64,000 nt of DNA, from positions 2,046 to 66,045 of the IMG/VR virus record IMGVR_UViG_3300037258_000283; one strand, 5' to 3'. A program made the translations under genes and the position numbers. Below the pieces are notes generated by a model. That model was not told where the DNA came from, did not search any database, and saw only the letters and a list, made by a program, of their open reading frames with translations. Below, piece after piece: positions 46,791 through 56,736 of this stretch; positions within the stretch are counted from its first letter, which is position 1, and each line of letters opens with the position of its first letter. Origin of the DNA: a virus (Duplodnaviria > Caudoviricetes).

Positions 46791-47161
46791 TCGGTCATCT
46801 CCGCCACGTCCGCCTCCGACAGGCCGTTCATCTCGTTGCACTTGTTGAAGACGCGGCTGAGCCCCGCCGCCGACTTGTTGCCGAGCGCGCGCACGTCCGA
46901 ATCGGAGAAGACCACCGCACCGATTTCGTCCACGATGCACAGCGCGGCCAGCCGGGCGCGGACGTTGACCACGCTGCCCTTGCGCTTCCCGTCCGGGGAG
47001 TTGGTCATCGACGCCTCGAAGGCGTCGCGCTCCTTCCCGGTCAGGCTCCGCAGCCGGACGCTGCCGCCCCACTCCGGGACCGGGATTACCTCGTACGTCC
47101 GGTCGTCCGCCTTGAGGATGTCGTCCCTGCCGAGCAGTACCGGTGCCTTGTCCAGTTCCAT
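46748..47161 (-). CDS. tail assembly chaperone
   Basis: LGRDDIL...VPEWGGSVRLRSLTGKERDAFE. Confidence 0.85.
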   Translation of the reverse strand: MELDKAPVLLGRDDILKADDRTYEVIPVPEWGGSVRLRSLTGKERDAFEASMTNSPDGKRKGSVVNVRARLAALCIVDEIGAVVFSDSDVRALGNKSAAGLSRVFNKCNEMNGLSEADVAEMTEDFTGDPNGGSTAG

Positions 47162-47251
47162 GGTCTGTTCCTCTCGCTGCGGATCGCTGCGGGTCGTAGG
47201 ACGGGCCGGGGTGACCCGCAAGAGCCCCCGGCCCGTCCCGATCAGTTGTCG

Positions 47252-47737
47252 TCAGTCCCCGGCAGCCGCGTCGTGGACCTCTTGCGCCACGTCCTCCAGC
47301 ACCTCGTGGAGTGCGTCTGCCAGATCTTCCTGGCCCTCTTCGAACGGTTTGGCGAACCACTCGCCGCCGGTCGTCTGGAGAACCCAGACGTGGCGGTTGC
47401 CGTAGACCGGGTGCCGCCACCCGTTGTCGGCGTCCAGGTAGGCCGGAAGGCTGGCCTCACCAGCCCGGTTCATGGACGCGGAGATGGTCACGCCGTCCCG
47501 GGTGATCCGGGTACCGACGCCCGCCGCCACCCGGGCACGGAGACCGGTGTGCTTGATCCCGTGAACGGCCAGGGCCATGACGTCTTCGCGCGACTTGTCC
47601 ACCAGCGGCTTGACCGCCTCCACCAGGGCATCGCGCAGCCGTTCCGCCAGCGTCTCGTCTGTGATCCGGAGCGCGTCGATGGCGCGCCGGAAGTCCGCAC
47701 CGGGGCTGACGGTCGTCCTGAGCGTGCCGGAGGCCAT
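47252..47737 (-). CDS. tail completion / neck protein
   Basis: WRHPVYGNR..WV.Q....WF motif; position among tail genes. Confidence 0.7.
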   Translation of the reverse strand: MASGTLRTTVSPGADFRRAIDALRITDETLAERLRDALVEAVKPLVDKSREDVMALAVHGIKHTGLRARVAAGVGTRITRDGVTISASMNRAGEASLPAYLDADNGWRHPVYGNRHVWVLQTTGGEWFAKPFEEGQEDLADALHEVLEDVAQEVHDAAAGD

Positions 47738-48153
47738 TACGCCGTGGCCCGCGCGATACCGGTCCGCTGGGTCGGGAAGGTGACCTGGGTCGTGCTCAGG
47801 TCGCCGACCTTGCCGGACAGGGGCTGGTACTCCAGCAGGATGCAGGTCGCGGTGAAGGACGGGTTCGCGGGACCGACGGCGCTTGCCGTCGGCTTGACGA
47901 CGACGGTGAACTCGGTCTCGTTGTCGTAGAGCGGGAACAATGTCGCGTCCACCTCCGCCGCCGCGAAGTCCTGCTGGAAGGTGATCACGTACTTGTCGGA
48001 GCTGAGCCCGGCCACCTGCTCCGTGCCCTGGCCGCTGAAGTTCGTAGTGGTGATCGCGGCCTTGATCAGGTCGATCTCCACGGACTCGCAGTGGTCGGAG
48101 AAGTCCACGCCGTTCACGACGATGTCACAGTCACGAAGAACGATCTTGCCCAT
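47737..48153 (-). CDS. major tail protein
   Basis: VNGVDFSDH...FQQDFAAAEVDATL...NPSFT...G.VGDL. Confidence 0.8.
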   Translation of the reverse strand: MGKIVLRDCDIVVNGVDFSDHCESVEIDLIKAAITTTNFSGQGTEQVAGLSSDKYVITFQQDFAAAEVDATLFPLYDNETEFTVVVKPTASAVGPANPSFTATCILLEYQPLSGKVGDLSTTQVTFPTQRTGIARATA

Positions 48154-48446
48154 CAGGTGCCGCCTTCCTTGGCTTCGGCCACCGGGGGCCGCTCTGTGGC
48201 GGGCACGACGTGCCCGGCCTCGATCAGGTGACGCGCCTGCGCGTCGGTAACGGTCAGGACCACGTCCTGGCCCTTGTGCGCGCCGCCCACCCGCTTGGGA
48301 CCCACGACCGTGAACAGCCGGTCGGTGGGCTGCTCCCGGGCCGCGCGGACCGGGCCACGGGGCCGTTGCGGCGGGGCCGGACGGTCCTGGACCGGCGCGG
48401 GTGCCGCGCGGCCCTTCCCGGTGGAGGTCTTCCGTACTTCGGTCAC
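48153..48446 (-). CDS. hypothetical virion protein
   Basis: ...QARHLIEAGHV; coupled within the structural operon. Confidence 0.6.
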   Translation of the reverse strand: MTEVRKTSTGKGRAAPAPVQDRPAPPQRPRGPVRAAREQPTDRLFTVVGPKRVGGAHKGQDVVLTVTDAQARHLIEAGHVVPATERPPVAEAKEGGT

Positions 48447-48781
48447 CTCGTGATCACCGCCATCGTCACCCCGGTCTGGCTGGACGTGGTGATCGTCGCC
48501 AGGTTGCCGTTCGTGGGGTCCTGGTACTCCTTCAGCAGCGGAATCCAGACCTCCGTGGGGGTCACGTTCCCGGCCGCGAGCGTGTACACCGTGTCCGGGT
48601 AGGCCACGCCCGTGGCCAGGGTTCCGGGGGTGATGGCGGTCACCGTGACGGAGCCGGAGGACGTGTTCACGTACCGGGCGAAGCTGGTCGGCGTGACGGC
48701 CATGGTGTCGGAGGCCGTGGCCGCTGTCAGGGCCGGGGCCGTCCCGGCGTTGACGATGGCCTGAGCGGTGCGGAGCGACAT
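48443..48781 (-). CDS. hypothetical virion protein
   Basis: Thr/Ala-rich; MSLRTAQAIV... Confidence 0.7.
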   Translation of the reverse strand: MSLRTAQAIVNAGTAPALTAATASDTMAVTPTSFARYVNTSSGSVTVTAITPGTLATGVAYPDTVYTLAAGNVTPTEVWIPLLKEYQDPTNGNLATITTSSQTGVTMAVITR

Positions 48782-48786
48782 GGGTC

Positions 48787-49218
48787 CTACTTCCCTGGGG
48801 TGCGGACGGTGAGCTTGAGGACGGCCCCGACCTGCTGGATACCGGCCGTGACGAATTTTCCGCCGTACCCCTCGATCCCGGTGGCCATGGCGTCGGTGTC
48901 GTCGTCCAGCCCCAGGCCCGGGGTGTTGTAGAACGCCAGCCGCAGGCTCTGCGGCCCGTTCCCGGTGAGGTAGCTGTCCAGCAGGGTCTGTGCGCTGGTC
49001 GCCTCGTTGTCGGGGACCAGCACGTAGAGATCGAAGTACCACGTGTCCAGACCCCGGCCGAAGGCCCCGTCAAAGGTGGCCGACGGCTTCGGGGACGGCA
49101 TGACGACCATGGCGGGGACCTGGTTGACGGACGGCACGTCCGCGTACACGGAGATGCCCGGGATGGCCCCGGTCACCACTGCGGCGATCCCGTCCCGGAT
49201 GTCCTGGAGACTGGCCAT
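48787..49218 (-). CDS. tail terminator-like protein
   Basis: LQDIRDGIA...AQTLLDSYL..NGPQS; position after the adaptor. Confidence 0.72.
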   Translation of the reverse strand: MASLQDIRDGIAAVVTGAIPGISVYADVPSVNQVPAMVVMPSPKPSATFDGAFGRGLDTWYFDLYVLVPDNEATSAQTLLDSYLTGNGPQSLRLAFYNTPGLGLDDDTDAMATGIEGYGGKFVTAGIQQVGAVLKLTVRTPGK

Positions 49219-49226
49219 GGTTACCC

Positions 49227-49886
49227 CTATCCGACTAGCACGGGTTCGCGGACATACCGGTCGAGCTTCGACATGGCCATCAGGTTGTCCTTCACCCGGA
49301 TGGTGCCCCAGACGTCGGAGCCGGCCACGCCGAACGGCGCGTCCTTCACCTGGAAGGTGGCCCCGGCCATGATCTTGCACGCCTGCTTCACCGGGGAGGG
49401 CACGGCCGCCCACCCCCACTGAGCGGTCACCTGCACCCGGTGGTAGCCCATCAGGTACCGGTTGCCTATGTCGTTCGGCCCGGACCACCGCTGGTACCCG
49501 GTGATCCCGAACCAGTGGTTCCCGAGCGGGGCCGTGCGCAGCTGGTTGAACGCCCACCCGGGCTGACCGTCCGTGATGCCGTTCCGGGGGAACAGCTCGT
49601 AGTCGGTCGGGTCCCAGGTGATCTCGTAGGTGGCACCGGTCTGGACCACCAGGCTGTCAGCGGTCCAGAAGTCGTCCACGTCGCAGTATCGCGGCCCCTC
49701 CGCGTCGTAGATCCTCGGGGAGGCCACGGTGTCCTGGTTGAACTGCCGGTTCGTGTACTTTTCGATCTCCCGGCTGGCGGAGTCCAGGGCGTCGCTGAGC
49801 TGGTCGTCCCACTGGCTTGTCGTGATCGACAGGTACGCCTTCAGTTCGTCCAGCGTCACGTACGGGTCCAGGTCCGCGATAGCCAT
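49227..49886 (-). CDS. head-to-tail adaptor
   Basis: YVTLDELKAYL...ASREIEKYTNRQF...VTAQWGW.AVP..VKQAC. Confidence 0.85.
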   Translation of the reverse strand: MAIADLDPYVTLDELKAYLSITTSQWDDQLSDALDSASREIEKYTNRQFNQDTVASPRIYDAEGPRYCDVDDFWTADSLVVQTGATYEITWDPTDYELFPRNGITDGQPGWAFNQLRTAPLGNHWFGITGYQRWSGPNDIGNRYLMGYHRVQVTAQWGWAAVPSPVKQACKIMAGATFQVKDAPFGVAGSDVWGTIRVKDNLMAMSKLDRYVREPVLVG

Positions 49887-50302
49887 TACGCCAGCCACCC
49901 GCCCACGGAGTAGGTGGAGGTCACGGCGTCCAGGTGGGTCACGGCCACCTGGAAGATCGGTGGGACGTAGTCCTGAGCGGTCAAGTTGGTGACCTTCGGC
50001 ACCAGCGGACCGACCCGCAGGACCGTCGTCGCCACCCCGCCGGACGCGAGTCCGAGCGTGGCGGAGGTCAGGACCGTCCAGGTCTTGCCGGAGACCTCAT
50101 CCAACCCCATCACGGTCACGGTGAAGCCGAGCACGCCGGCTACCGTGCAGTCCACGACCAGCACCAGGCCGTCGTAGTCCGACCGGCGGCCGACGATGTG
50201 GAACTGCTGGGTGTCCGGGCTGGCGGTCCGGGCGGCCGATGCGAAGACGGAGAAGCTGCCTTCCGGCTGCGCTGAGATGTCCTGCTGCGCATCGACCGTC
50301 AT
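49886..50302 (-). CDS. hypothetical virion protein
   Basis: ASAARTA...TYSVG; beta-rich. Confidence 0.7.
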   Translation of the reverse strand: MTVDAQQDISAQPEGSFSVFASAARTASPDTQQFHIVGRRSDYDGLVLVVDCTVAGVLGFTVTVMGLDEVSGKTWTVLTSATLGLASGGVATTVLRVGPLVPKVTNLTAQDYVPPIFQVAVTHLDAVTSTYSVGGWLA

Positions 50303-50303
50303 G

Positions 50304-50606
50304 TCAGCTCCCCGCGTCCTTGCGCGGACGGCCCGGCCCGCGCTTGACCGGAGCTTCCTCCGCCGTCACGTCCGCCTCCGCCGCCGGGGCGGTGTACCGC
50401 GCCGCCGGGTCCGGCTGCTTCGGCTGGACCCGGGCGTCCTCCATGTCGAACTGGACGTCCAGTTCCTGGAAGAGGTGACTGGCGTACGCCAGCAGGGCGT
50501 GACCCTCCCGGACCCTGGTGGTCCCGGCAATGATCGCTTCCTGCTTGCCGTCCACCCAGGCCACACCGCTGGTCCGGGCCACGTAGATCTTGCCTTCGTC
50601 GCTCAT
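50304..50606 (-). CDS. hypothetical protein with AT-hook-like tail
   Basis: TRVREGH.LL...KRGPGRPRK; follows the capsid gene. Confidence 0.7.
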   Translation of the reverse strand: MSDEGKIYVARTSGVAWVDGKQEAIIAGTTRVREGHALLAYASHLFQELDVQFDMEDARVQPKQPDPAARYTAPAAEADVTAEEAPVKRGPGRPRKDAGS

Positions 50607-50645
50607 GCGTCTGTCCTTCCCCTGATCGCCTCTGTACTGCGGAGA

Positions 50646-53477
50646 CTACTTGGCGACCAGGACCCGGAAGGCGTTCGAGTCGAGCACGGCCGAACCGTTG
50701 CGCCAGATGGCGAACAGGCCGCGCTGCCCGGTCGGGAAGTTGTTCGCGGTCCCGAACAGGTGCGGGATCAGTTCCACGCTCATGCCGATGCGGTCCACGA
50801 TCAGGAACTTCTGGAAGTCCCCGAAGATCGCCAGCTTGGTCGTGGTGACCAGGCCGGTCGCGTTGGGCATGGTCGATGCCTCGTAGACCGGGTACCCGGC
50901 CAGTTCCGAGGGACGGCCGCCACCCAGCTGGGTCCACAGCGCGGCACCGCCGTAGATGTCGATGGAGCGCACGAGGTTGTAGAACGCCTTCTGCGCGAGC
51001 CACGCCGCGTTCGGCTCATGGCGCGGGGGCAGCGCGTTGACCGGCAGGAACAGGTCCGCCAGCACCAGCGTCAGCGTGGTACCGGTGTTGATCGTGTTGG
51101 TCGCGCCGACCAATACGCCCTGCGGGTTGGGCGGGGTGTTGTTGCCCGTCACGAAGGCCGTGGCCTCCTCGACGTTCTTGCCCTCCTGGAGCATCAGACC
51201 CAGCTCTTCCTGGATCTGGGTCCAGTCCTGCTCGATCTCGAAGCTGAACGGGATGAACGCCTGGACCCGGCTGGGGGTCACCGAAGGCTGCGCCAGGGTC
51301 GGGCTGTTGTCGGACGCCTCAGCGGCCTCCGCCGCACGGCTGACGGTCACGCCCGCCGACGTCACGCCCTCCCAGGTGGTCCGCACCGTCTGGACGACGC
51401 GCGCGATCTGCCGGATGGGGTTGACCACGGACGCGTTGGTGAGGATCACCGTCGGGTCCAGGTCGAACGGGACGGCGTAGTCACCGGTCGCACCCGCACC
51501 GGCCGCGAGCGACGCGCGCTCCTCATTGGTCAGGGTGTTGGTGCCGCCCGAGAGCGCCACCTTCCCGAAGGCGCGGGAGTAGATCGGCGAGCCGGTCACC
51601 AGGATGCGGCGGGCCAGCGTGCCCTCCTTGTCGTCCACGCGCTTCAGCAGCCGCTCCACGGCCGACTGGGCGTCACCGACGTTGGCGGCCGGGGCGTAGG
51701 TACCGCGCTCCACCGCGCGGAGTGCGTTCTCCCGCAGGCTGTCCCGGTAGTCGTCCATGGACCGGGCATCGCGGCGGAGCGCGGCCAGGTCGTAGATGTT
51801 CTCCTGCGCACGCCGCTGGCCGCCGGTGCCCGCGCCGCCGGTGGGGGCGGTGAAGCCGGTGCCGTTCTCGGTACTGCCGGCACCGGCCAGCTTGGCGATC
51901 AGGGCCTTGCGGGCGTTCGCGGACCGGATGGCCTGGTCATGGTCCTCGTGCTCGGACGCCAGACGCTCCATCTCCGCCTGCTGCTCCGCCGGGAGCGAGC
52001 CGCCCGCGTACTCGGTGTCCAGCTCCGTGATCCGCGCGCGGATCTCTTCCTGCCGGGCCTGGCGCTCTTCCACCGTCATGGCGAAATCGGACACGTTCGT
52101 GCCTCTCTGCTGGTTCGCTGGGTTGCCTTCACCCGCAGAGTGCACGTCGTGCGGCTCTTCGGTCCCTTCGGACGCGGCCCCGGCTGGCGGGGTGCTGGTC
52201 GTGCTGGTCGCGGCCCCGGCCGGCGGGGTGCTGTTGCTCTGGTCGTCCGAGATCTCGATCCCGAACTTCGTGCAGGCTGCCTTGATCTTACTCTTGACCT
52301 TCGCCAGGTTCTCCGCGCTGTACATGCCCGCGTTCTTCGCCTGATTGATGTAGGACCAGGCTGCCTGAGCGTGAGCCTTGGTGTCCAGGGGGTAGCGCTT
52401 CTTGCCGTCGTCCTGGTACCCGGGGTCCGCGTAGTCCACGTCGCCGAACGGCTTCGCCGGATCGGCCATCCGGTCGCCCCCGGCCACGGGCTGGCCCTCC
52501 ACGTCCGTGGACACGTTGAACTTCGCGCACGCGGCCTTGATCGCTGCCTTGACCTTCGCCATGTCAGCCGGGCTGTACAGGTCGGGCGCGTCCGGGTGAT
52601 TGATGAACGCCCACGACAGCTGCGCGTGCGCGGCCGTGTCGATCGGGTAGCGCTTCTTACCGTCCTTCTGGTACCCGGTGTCCGCGCAGGTCACCCCGGC
52701 CCACGGGTTGCCGCTCTCCGCCGCCGGGTCGTCCGCGTCCGGGTCGTCGGGGTCGGCCACCGGCGCGGTCGTGGCGGACCGCAGCTCCCGCACGCTGCGC
52801 AGTGCGTCCGCGTACTGCTCCGGACGACGGCTGCGCAGTGCGGCGTAGTAGTCGTCCGTGGTGGAGCGCAGCCCGGCCGTGGCCGCTCCGTTCGCCGGGA
52901 ACATGGTCGGACCGAATTCCATCACGCGCGCCTCACGGATGGTGCGCTCCGGCAGGCCGTCCGGGTTGGCGTCGCTGCGCGTCGGCGCGTCGTCCCAGTC
53001 GTCCAGGACCACCTGGAACCGGAATGACGACCCGTACGCGCCCGCCTCCAGCGCCGGGACCAGGTCCCGGACGTACGAGGTGTCCAGCAGCTGGACATCG
53101 TAGGCCGGGCCGTTGCTGTCCTCTTCGATCCGCAGCGGGATTCCGATCGGCTTGTCCGCCACCTGGGGGTCGTGGCCGTGCTCCAGCAGCACCTTGATTC
53201 CCTGAGCGGGATTCTTCCGGCTGGCGTTGTCGCTGAGCGTTTTCTTGAACGCTCCCGGGGCGACCTTCTCCAGGAACCGCCCTTCCCAGGCGGAGTCGAT
53301 CGGGTAGAAATCCCCGAAGGTGGAGAAGTGGCCGGACATGATCGGCATACCGGAGCTGGGAGCGGTGCCGTCCGGCGCGACGCCGCGCAGTTCCACGGCC
53401 TCCGCTGTCTGGGTCCGGCACACGGGGATCGTGAGGCGGACCGGCGCTCCCCCGATCGGTTCGATGTCAGCGGGCAT
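50646..53477 (-). CDS. HK97-type prohead protease fused to major capsid protein
   Basis: F.E.VAPGAF, LLEHG, GSSFRF, EFGPTMFPA protease motifs; capsid from ~52094 (GDYAVP, AAEAAE, FGDF, GQRG). Confidence 0.9.
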   Translation of the reverse strand: MPADIEPIGGAPVRLTIPVCRTQTAEAVELRGVAPDGTAPSSGMPIMSGHFSTFGDFYPIDSAWEGRFLEKVAPGAFKKTLSDNASRKNPAQGIKVLLEHGHDPQVADKPIGIPLRIEEDSNGPAYDVQLLDTSYVRDLVPALEAGAYGSSFRFQVVLDDWDDAPTRSDANPDGLPERTIREARVMEFGPTMFPANGAATAGLRSTTDDYYAALRSRRPEQYADALRSVRELRSATTAPVADPDDPDADDPAAESGNPWAGVTCADTGYQKDGKKRYPIDTAAHAQLSWAFINHPDAPDLYSPADMAKVKAAIKAACAKFNVSTDVEGQPVAGGDRMADPAKPFGDVDYADPGYQDDGKKRYPLDTKAHAQAAWSYINQAKNAGMYSAENLAKVKSKIKAACTKFGIEISDDQSNSTPPAGAATSTTSTPPAGAASEGTEEPHDVHSAGEGNPANQQRGTNVSDFAMTVEERQARQEEIRARITELDTEYAGGSLPAEQQAEMERLASEHEDHDQAIRSANARKALIAKLAGAGSTENGTGFTAPTGGAGTGGQRRAQENIYDLAALRRDARSMDDYRDSLRENALRAVERGTYAPAANVGDAQSAVERLLKRVDDKEGTLARRILVTGSPIYSRAFGKVALSGGTNTLTNEERASLAAGAGATGDYAVPFDLDPTVILTNASVVNPIRQIARVVQTVRTTWEGVTSAGVTVSRAAEAAEASDNSPTLAQPSVTPSRVQAFIPFSFEIEQDWTQIQEELGLMLQEGKNVEEATAFVTGNNTPPNPQGVLVGATNTINTGTTLTLVLADLFLPVNALPPRHEPNAAWLAQKAFYNLVRSIDIYGGAALWTQLGGGRPSELAGYPVYEASTMPNATGLVTTTKLAIFGDFQKFLIVDRIGMSVELIPHLFGTANNFPTGQRGLFAIWRNGSAVLDSNAFRVLVAK

Positions 53478-53478
53478 G

Positions 53479-54939
53479 TCAGTTCCCTTCCGGGGGCGGA
53501 GGCGGTGTGGCCGGGGCTGCGGGTCCGGTCGGTGTCGGGGTTCCCGGCGGGAGCGCGGGAGCGCCCTGGCCGATGGGCAGGGCCGGCGTGCCGCCTTCGC
53601 CCGGTGGGAGCGGGAGCACGTCCGGCGCGGACGTCGGGGTGCCGGGCGGGTTCAGCTGGACGGACACGAGACCGGTGTGCTCCAGCAGGGTCCAGTCCTG
53701 CGCGGTGATCGCTGCCACGATCGAGTCCGGCTCGTACCCGGCGGAGATCAGCGTACTGATCGTGGCCGCCTCCGTGGTCTGGATCTGGGCCAGCACCTGG
53801 CGGTCCGTGCGCAGGAACGCAATGTCCCGGTCGTCGTACCACAGCCGTGCGTTCGGCTGGGACGGCACCAGGGACTGGTACGAGGCCGCCAGGGAGCGCC
53901 ACAGCGGCCGGAGCGTGCCGTCCCCGAAGGCGGAGCGGGCCGTGGAGAAGTTCGCGCCGTTCAGGCCCGGCCCCTTCAGCGCTTCGGAGAGTCCGAGGAT
54001 CACCGGGTGCACGCCCGCCGCCGCCGCGATGCGCACCTCGCCCGCACCCTGGGTGACCGCGAAGTCCATCTGCTGCATGTTCGTCCCGAGCACCGTCACA
54101 TCCGCGCCGCCACCCAGGTACAGGGTCTTGTAGGCGTTCTCGGTGCCGGTGTGGGAGGTCTCCATCTTCTGTATGAAGTCCTTGAACTGCTCTTTCGTGA
54201 CTGTGTCCTTGAAAGAGACGGCCATGTTGGGCGTCGCCGCGTTCGCGAAGAAATTCGCCTTGTGCGCCGTGGCCGCCTTGTCGGACTGGATCTCCCGGAG
54301 CACCGGCGTCAGCCACGACATGCCCCGGTACTGGGCTTCGGGGTCCGGGACGGGCGACCAGTGCGCCACTTCCTCCGGCATGTACACCTTGGCGACACCG
54401 GCGTTGTAGCCGATGCCGCCGGGCCAGTACATGTACCCCACCACGTCCGACTGGACGGCCTGGGACGGCGGGGCGCTCAGCACGATCTGGACCCAGTCCG
54501 GCCGCAGCCGCCGCAGCCGCTTCGGCTCCCGGGCCACGAAGTGGTTCCCGGCCAGGTCGATGTCCTGGAGTGCGCGGGTGAGCAGCTCCCCGGTGGTGCC
54601 GTTCGGCCAGGGGTTCTCCAGGATGGACAGGTCCGGGGTGCCGAACAGGTCGCCCGGACGGCCGTTGCGGATCTTCTGGTACTGGAACCGCATGTCGGAG
54701 AAGACCGACGCCCGCGCCTGGACACAGGCGAAGACGATCCCAGAGGACTTGTACAGGGAGTTGACGTACCCGATGAACGAGTTCTCCGCCGACTCCGTGT
54801 CGATCGTCGTGGACGTCCCGGTCAGGTTGTAGGCCAAACCGTTGTACGTGAACATGCCCATCCAGTCAGCCATGCTGACGTCGGGAAAGTTCCGTTCCTC
54901 GGTGCGGCCACGGGCCAGGGAGCGCCACAGCTTGGTCAT
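53479..54939 (-). CDS. HK97-family portal protein
   Basis: VFACV, LENPWP..T, LAGN, LRPDWV, GMSWL, FFANAATP, IAAAAGV. Confidence 0.92.
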   Translation of the reverse strand: MTKLWRSLARGRTEERNFPDVSMADWMGMFTYNGLAYNLTGTSTTIDTESAENSFIGYVNSLYKSSGIVFACVQARASVFSDMRFQYQKIRNGRPGDLFGTPDLSILENPWPNGTTGELLTRALQDIDLAGNHFVAREPKRLRRLRPDWVQIVLSAPPSQAVQSDVVGYMYWPGGIGYNAGVAKVYMPEEVAHWSPVPDPEAQYRGMSWLTPVLREIQSDKAATAHKANFFANAATPNMAVSFKDTVTKEQFKDFIQKMETSHTGTENAYKTLYLGGGADVTVLGTNMQQMDFAVTQGAGEVRIAAAAGVHPVILGLSEALKGPGLNGANFSTARSAFGDGTLRPLWRSLAASYQSLVPSQPNARLWYDDRDIAFLRTDRQVLAQIQTTEAATISTLISAGYEPDSIVAAITAQDWTLLEHTGLVSVQLNPPGTPTSAPDVLPLPPGEGGTPALPIGQGAPALPPGTPTPTGPAAPATPPPPPEGN

Positions 54940-55115
54940 GCGTCACTCCCCTTGCCCACTGGTCCCGCGCCGTCGGTCACGTCGGAGAAGAGCGCATACG
55001 CCAGCAGCGCCGCGCCTGTCCCCGTCATCCCCCACGGCCCGAATATCCAGGTGAGCCCTGCTGCGATCATACCGACCGCCAGCAACATGACCAGAAGTCC
55101 TTCACGACGCGTCAC
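54936..55115 (-). CDS. small membrane protein between terminase and portal
   Basis: Manual ORF VTRREGLLVMLLAVG...; two TM helices. Confidence 0.55.
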   Translation of the reverse strand: MTRREGLLVMLLAVGMIAAGLTWIFGPWGMTGTGAALLAYALFSDVTDGAGPVGKGSDA

Positions 55116-55146
55116 GGACGGCCGCCTCTCCGTCGTCGTAGATAGG

Positions 55147-56736
55147 TCACATGACCACCACCCAGGGTGCTACCGGCTCCGGCTCGCTGCCCTTCTCCTG
55201 GAGCCCCCACACCGCCAGCGTGGCCGCCACCAGCGGAGAGATGTCCGTGGCCGCACCGACCTTGTCCCAGGCCCACAGCTCCGCCAGCTTGCGCCGATCG
55301 GCCCCGGCCACGGCAGCGGTCAGCGGCACCTGGTCCAGGTGGGCGAGCATCGGTGCCTGTCCCGGCACCGGGACCACGGCCCCGCCGAACCACCCGCATG
55401 CCTGCGCGAACTGCCGCCCGGTCGGGGACGTCACCTCCACCTGGTGGTCCTCCAGTGACTTGATCAGGGAACCGGCCTGGGACGCCTTGTCGATCACCAC
55501 GGCGCACGGCTTCCAGCGCTCCACCAGCTCCAGCAGCCGGGGCACCACCCAGCGGTCCCCGCTCCGGTGGTCCAGGACGTCGGCAGAGGTGATCTCCACA
55601 TGCGTCATGCCGTCCTCGTTCAGCGCGGCCACGGTGATGCACGCCATCTTCCGGTCCGGGGTCATGTCGATCCCGAAGGCGACCGGGCCGACCGGACTGG
55701 ACAGCACGTCACGGCACGCCTTCCAGGACTCCTGGTCGATCACCCGCCAGCTGTCGCCCTCCACCGGCCAGTCCCCGACCCCGAGCCGCTCCCGGGCGAA
55801 TTCCTCGCCGGACATGGTCCGCCGCTCGGATTCGATGTGCTCCACCGACTTCTCCGGCGAGAGCACCCCGCCGATGCGGATGCCGAAGCCCGGGTTCGCC
55901 CGCGCGTAGGCGCGCACGAGGCGCACCTTCTGGCGCTCCGCCTGCTCCGTGTCCATGTCCGGGGTGACGATCAGCTTCTGCGGGTCGTGCGCGTAGCAGG
56001 GCTTCGGGCAGAAAGCGGTGCACCAGTCGATGGACCACTCCATGAAGCACAGTCGGGGATCGCTCCCGGCCACGCCGCGCGCGCGGACGCGCCCCAGCGC
56101 CGTGGACTCCCGGGTGCCGGCGGACCCGGTGTACCAGACCTGCGGGTTGGGCACCGCCGACAGGGTGGGGAGGATCGCGCCGACCGTGCTGTCCACCAGC
56201 GCCATGGCTTCGTCCAGAATCAGGCAGTCGCAGGTGAACCCGCGCCCGCCGCCCTTCGTCCGGGTCCGGAACCGCAGCCGGCGGAGCGCCCCGTCCCGGT
56301 ACACCTCGATCCCCTCGTCACCGTGGGAGCGCGAGACGCGGGAGACCTTCCGGTCCAGGTCCGGCGTGGACTCGATCAGCCCCAGGACCCGGTTGAAGTG
56401 CTCAAGCGACGTGTCGAACTGGTGGGCGCTGTGAATGCACAGCTCTTCGTCCAGCAGGTACAGGGACGCCAGCTCCCGCGCCTCCAGGACGCAGCCCTTG
56501 CCGTTCTGGCGGCTGACCACCAACCCGACCTCGAAGGCCGACCAGGTGCCGTCCGGCCGCATCCCCATGGCTTCGTCCAGGACGAAGGTCTCCCACGGGT
56601 CCATCACCAGTCCGGCGATGCCGGCCAGCTCCACCGCATCGGCCCCGGCGCTGGACAGGTGCTCCGGCACCGAGACGATGCGCGGGCGCTGGTCCCCGGT
56701 GAGCGGGAGCAGGTGCGGGGGAAGGAACGGGCTCAT
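55147..56736 (-). CDS. terL: terminase large subunit
   Basis: SRQNGKG, HSAH, GGRG...LILDEA, YTGSAG, ANP, FARERLG, FGIDM, DISPLVA. Confidence 0.93.
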   Translation of the reverse strand: MSPFLPPHLLPLTGDQRPRIVSVPEHLSSAGADAVELAGIAGLVMDPWETFVLDEAMGMRPDGTWSAFEVGLVVSRQNGKGCVLEARELASLYLLDEELCIHSAHQFDTSLEHFNRVLGLIESTPDLDRKVSRVSRSHGDEGIEVYRDGALRRLRFRTRTKGGGRGFTCDCLILDEAMALVDSTVGAILPTLSAVPNPQVWYTGSAGTRESTALGRVRARGVAGSDPRLCFMEWSIDWCTAFCPKPCYAHDPQKLIVTPDMDTEQAERQKVRLVRAYARANPGFGIRIGGVLSPEKSVEHIESERRTMSGEEFARERLGVGDWPVEGDSWRVIDQESWKACRDVLSSPVGPVAFGIDMTPDRKMACITVAALNEDGMTHVEITSADVLDHRSGDRWVVPRLLELVERWKPCAVVIDKASQAGSLIKSLEDHQVEVTSPTGRQFAQACGWFGGAVVPVPGQAPMLAHLDQVPLTAAVAGADRRKLAELWAWDKVGAATDISPLVAATLAVWGLQEKGSEPEPVAPWVVVM

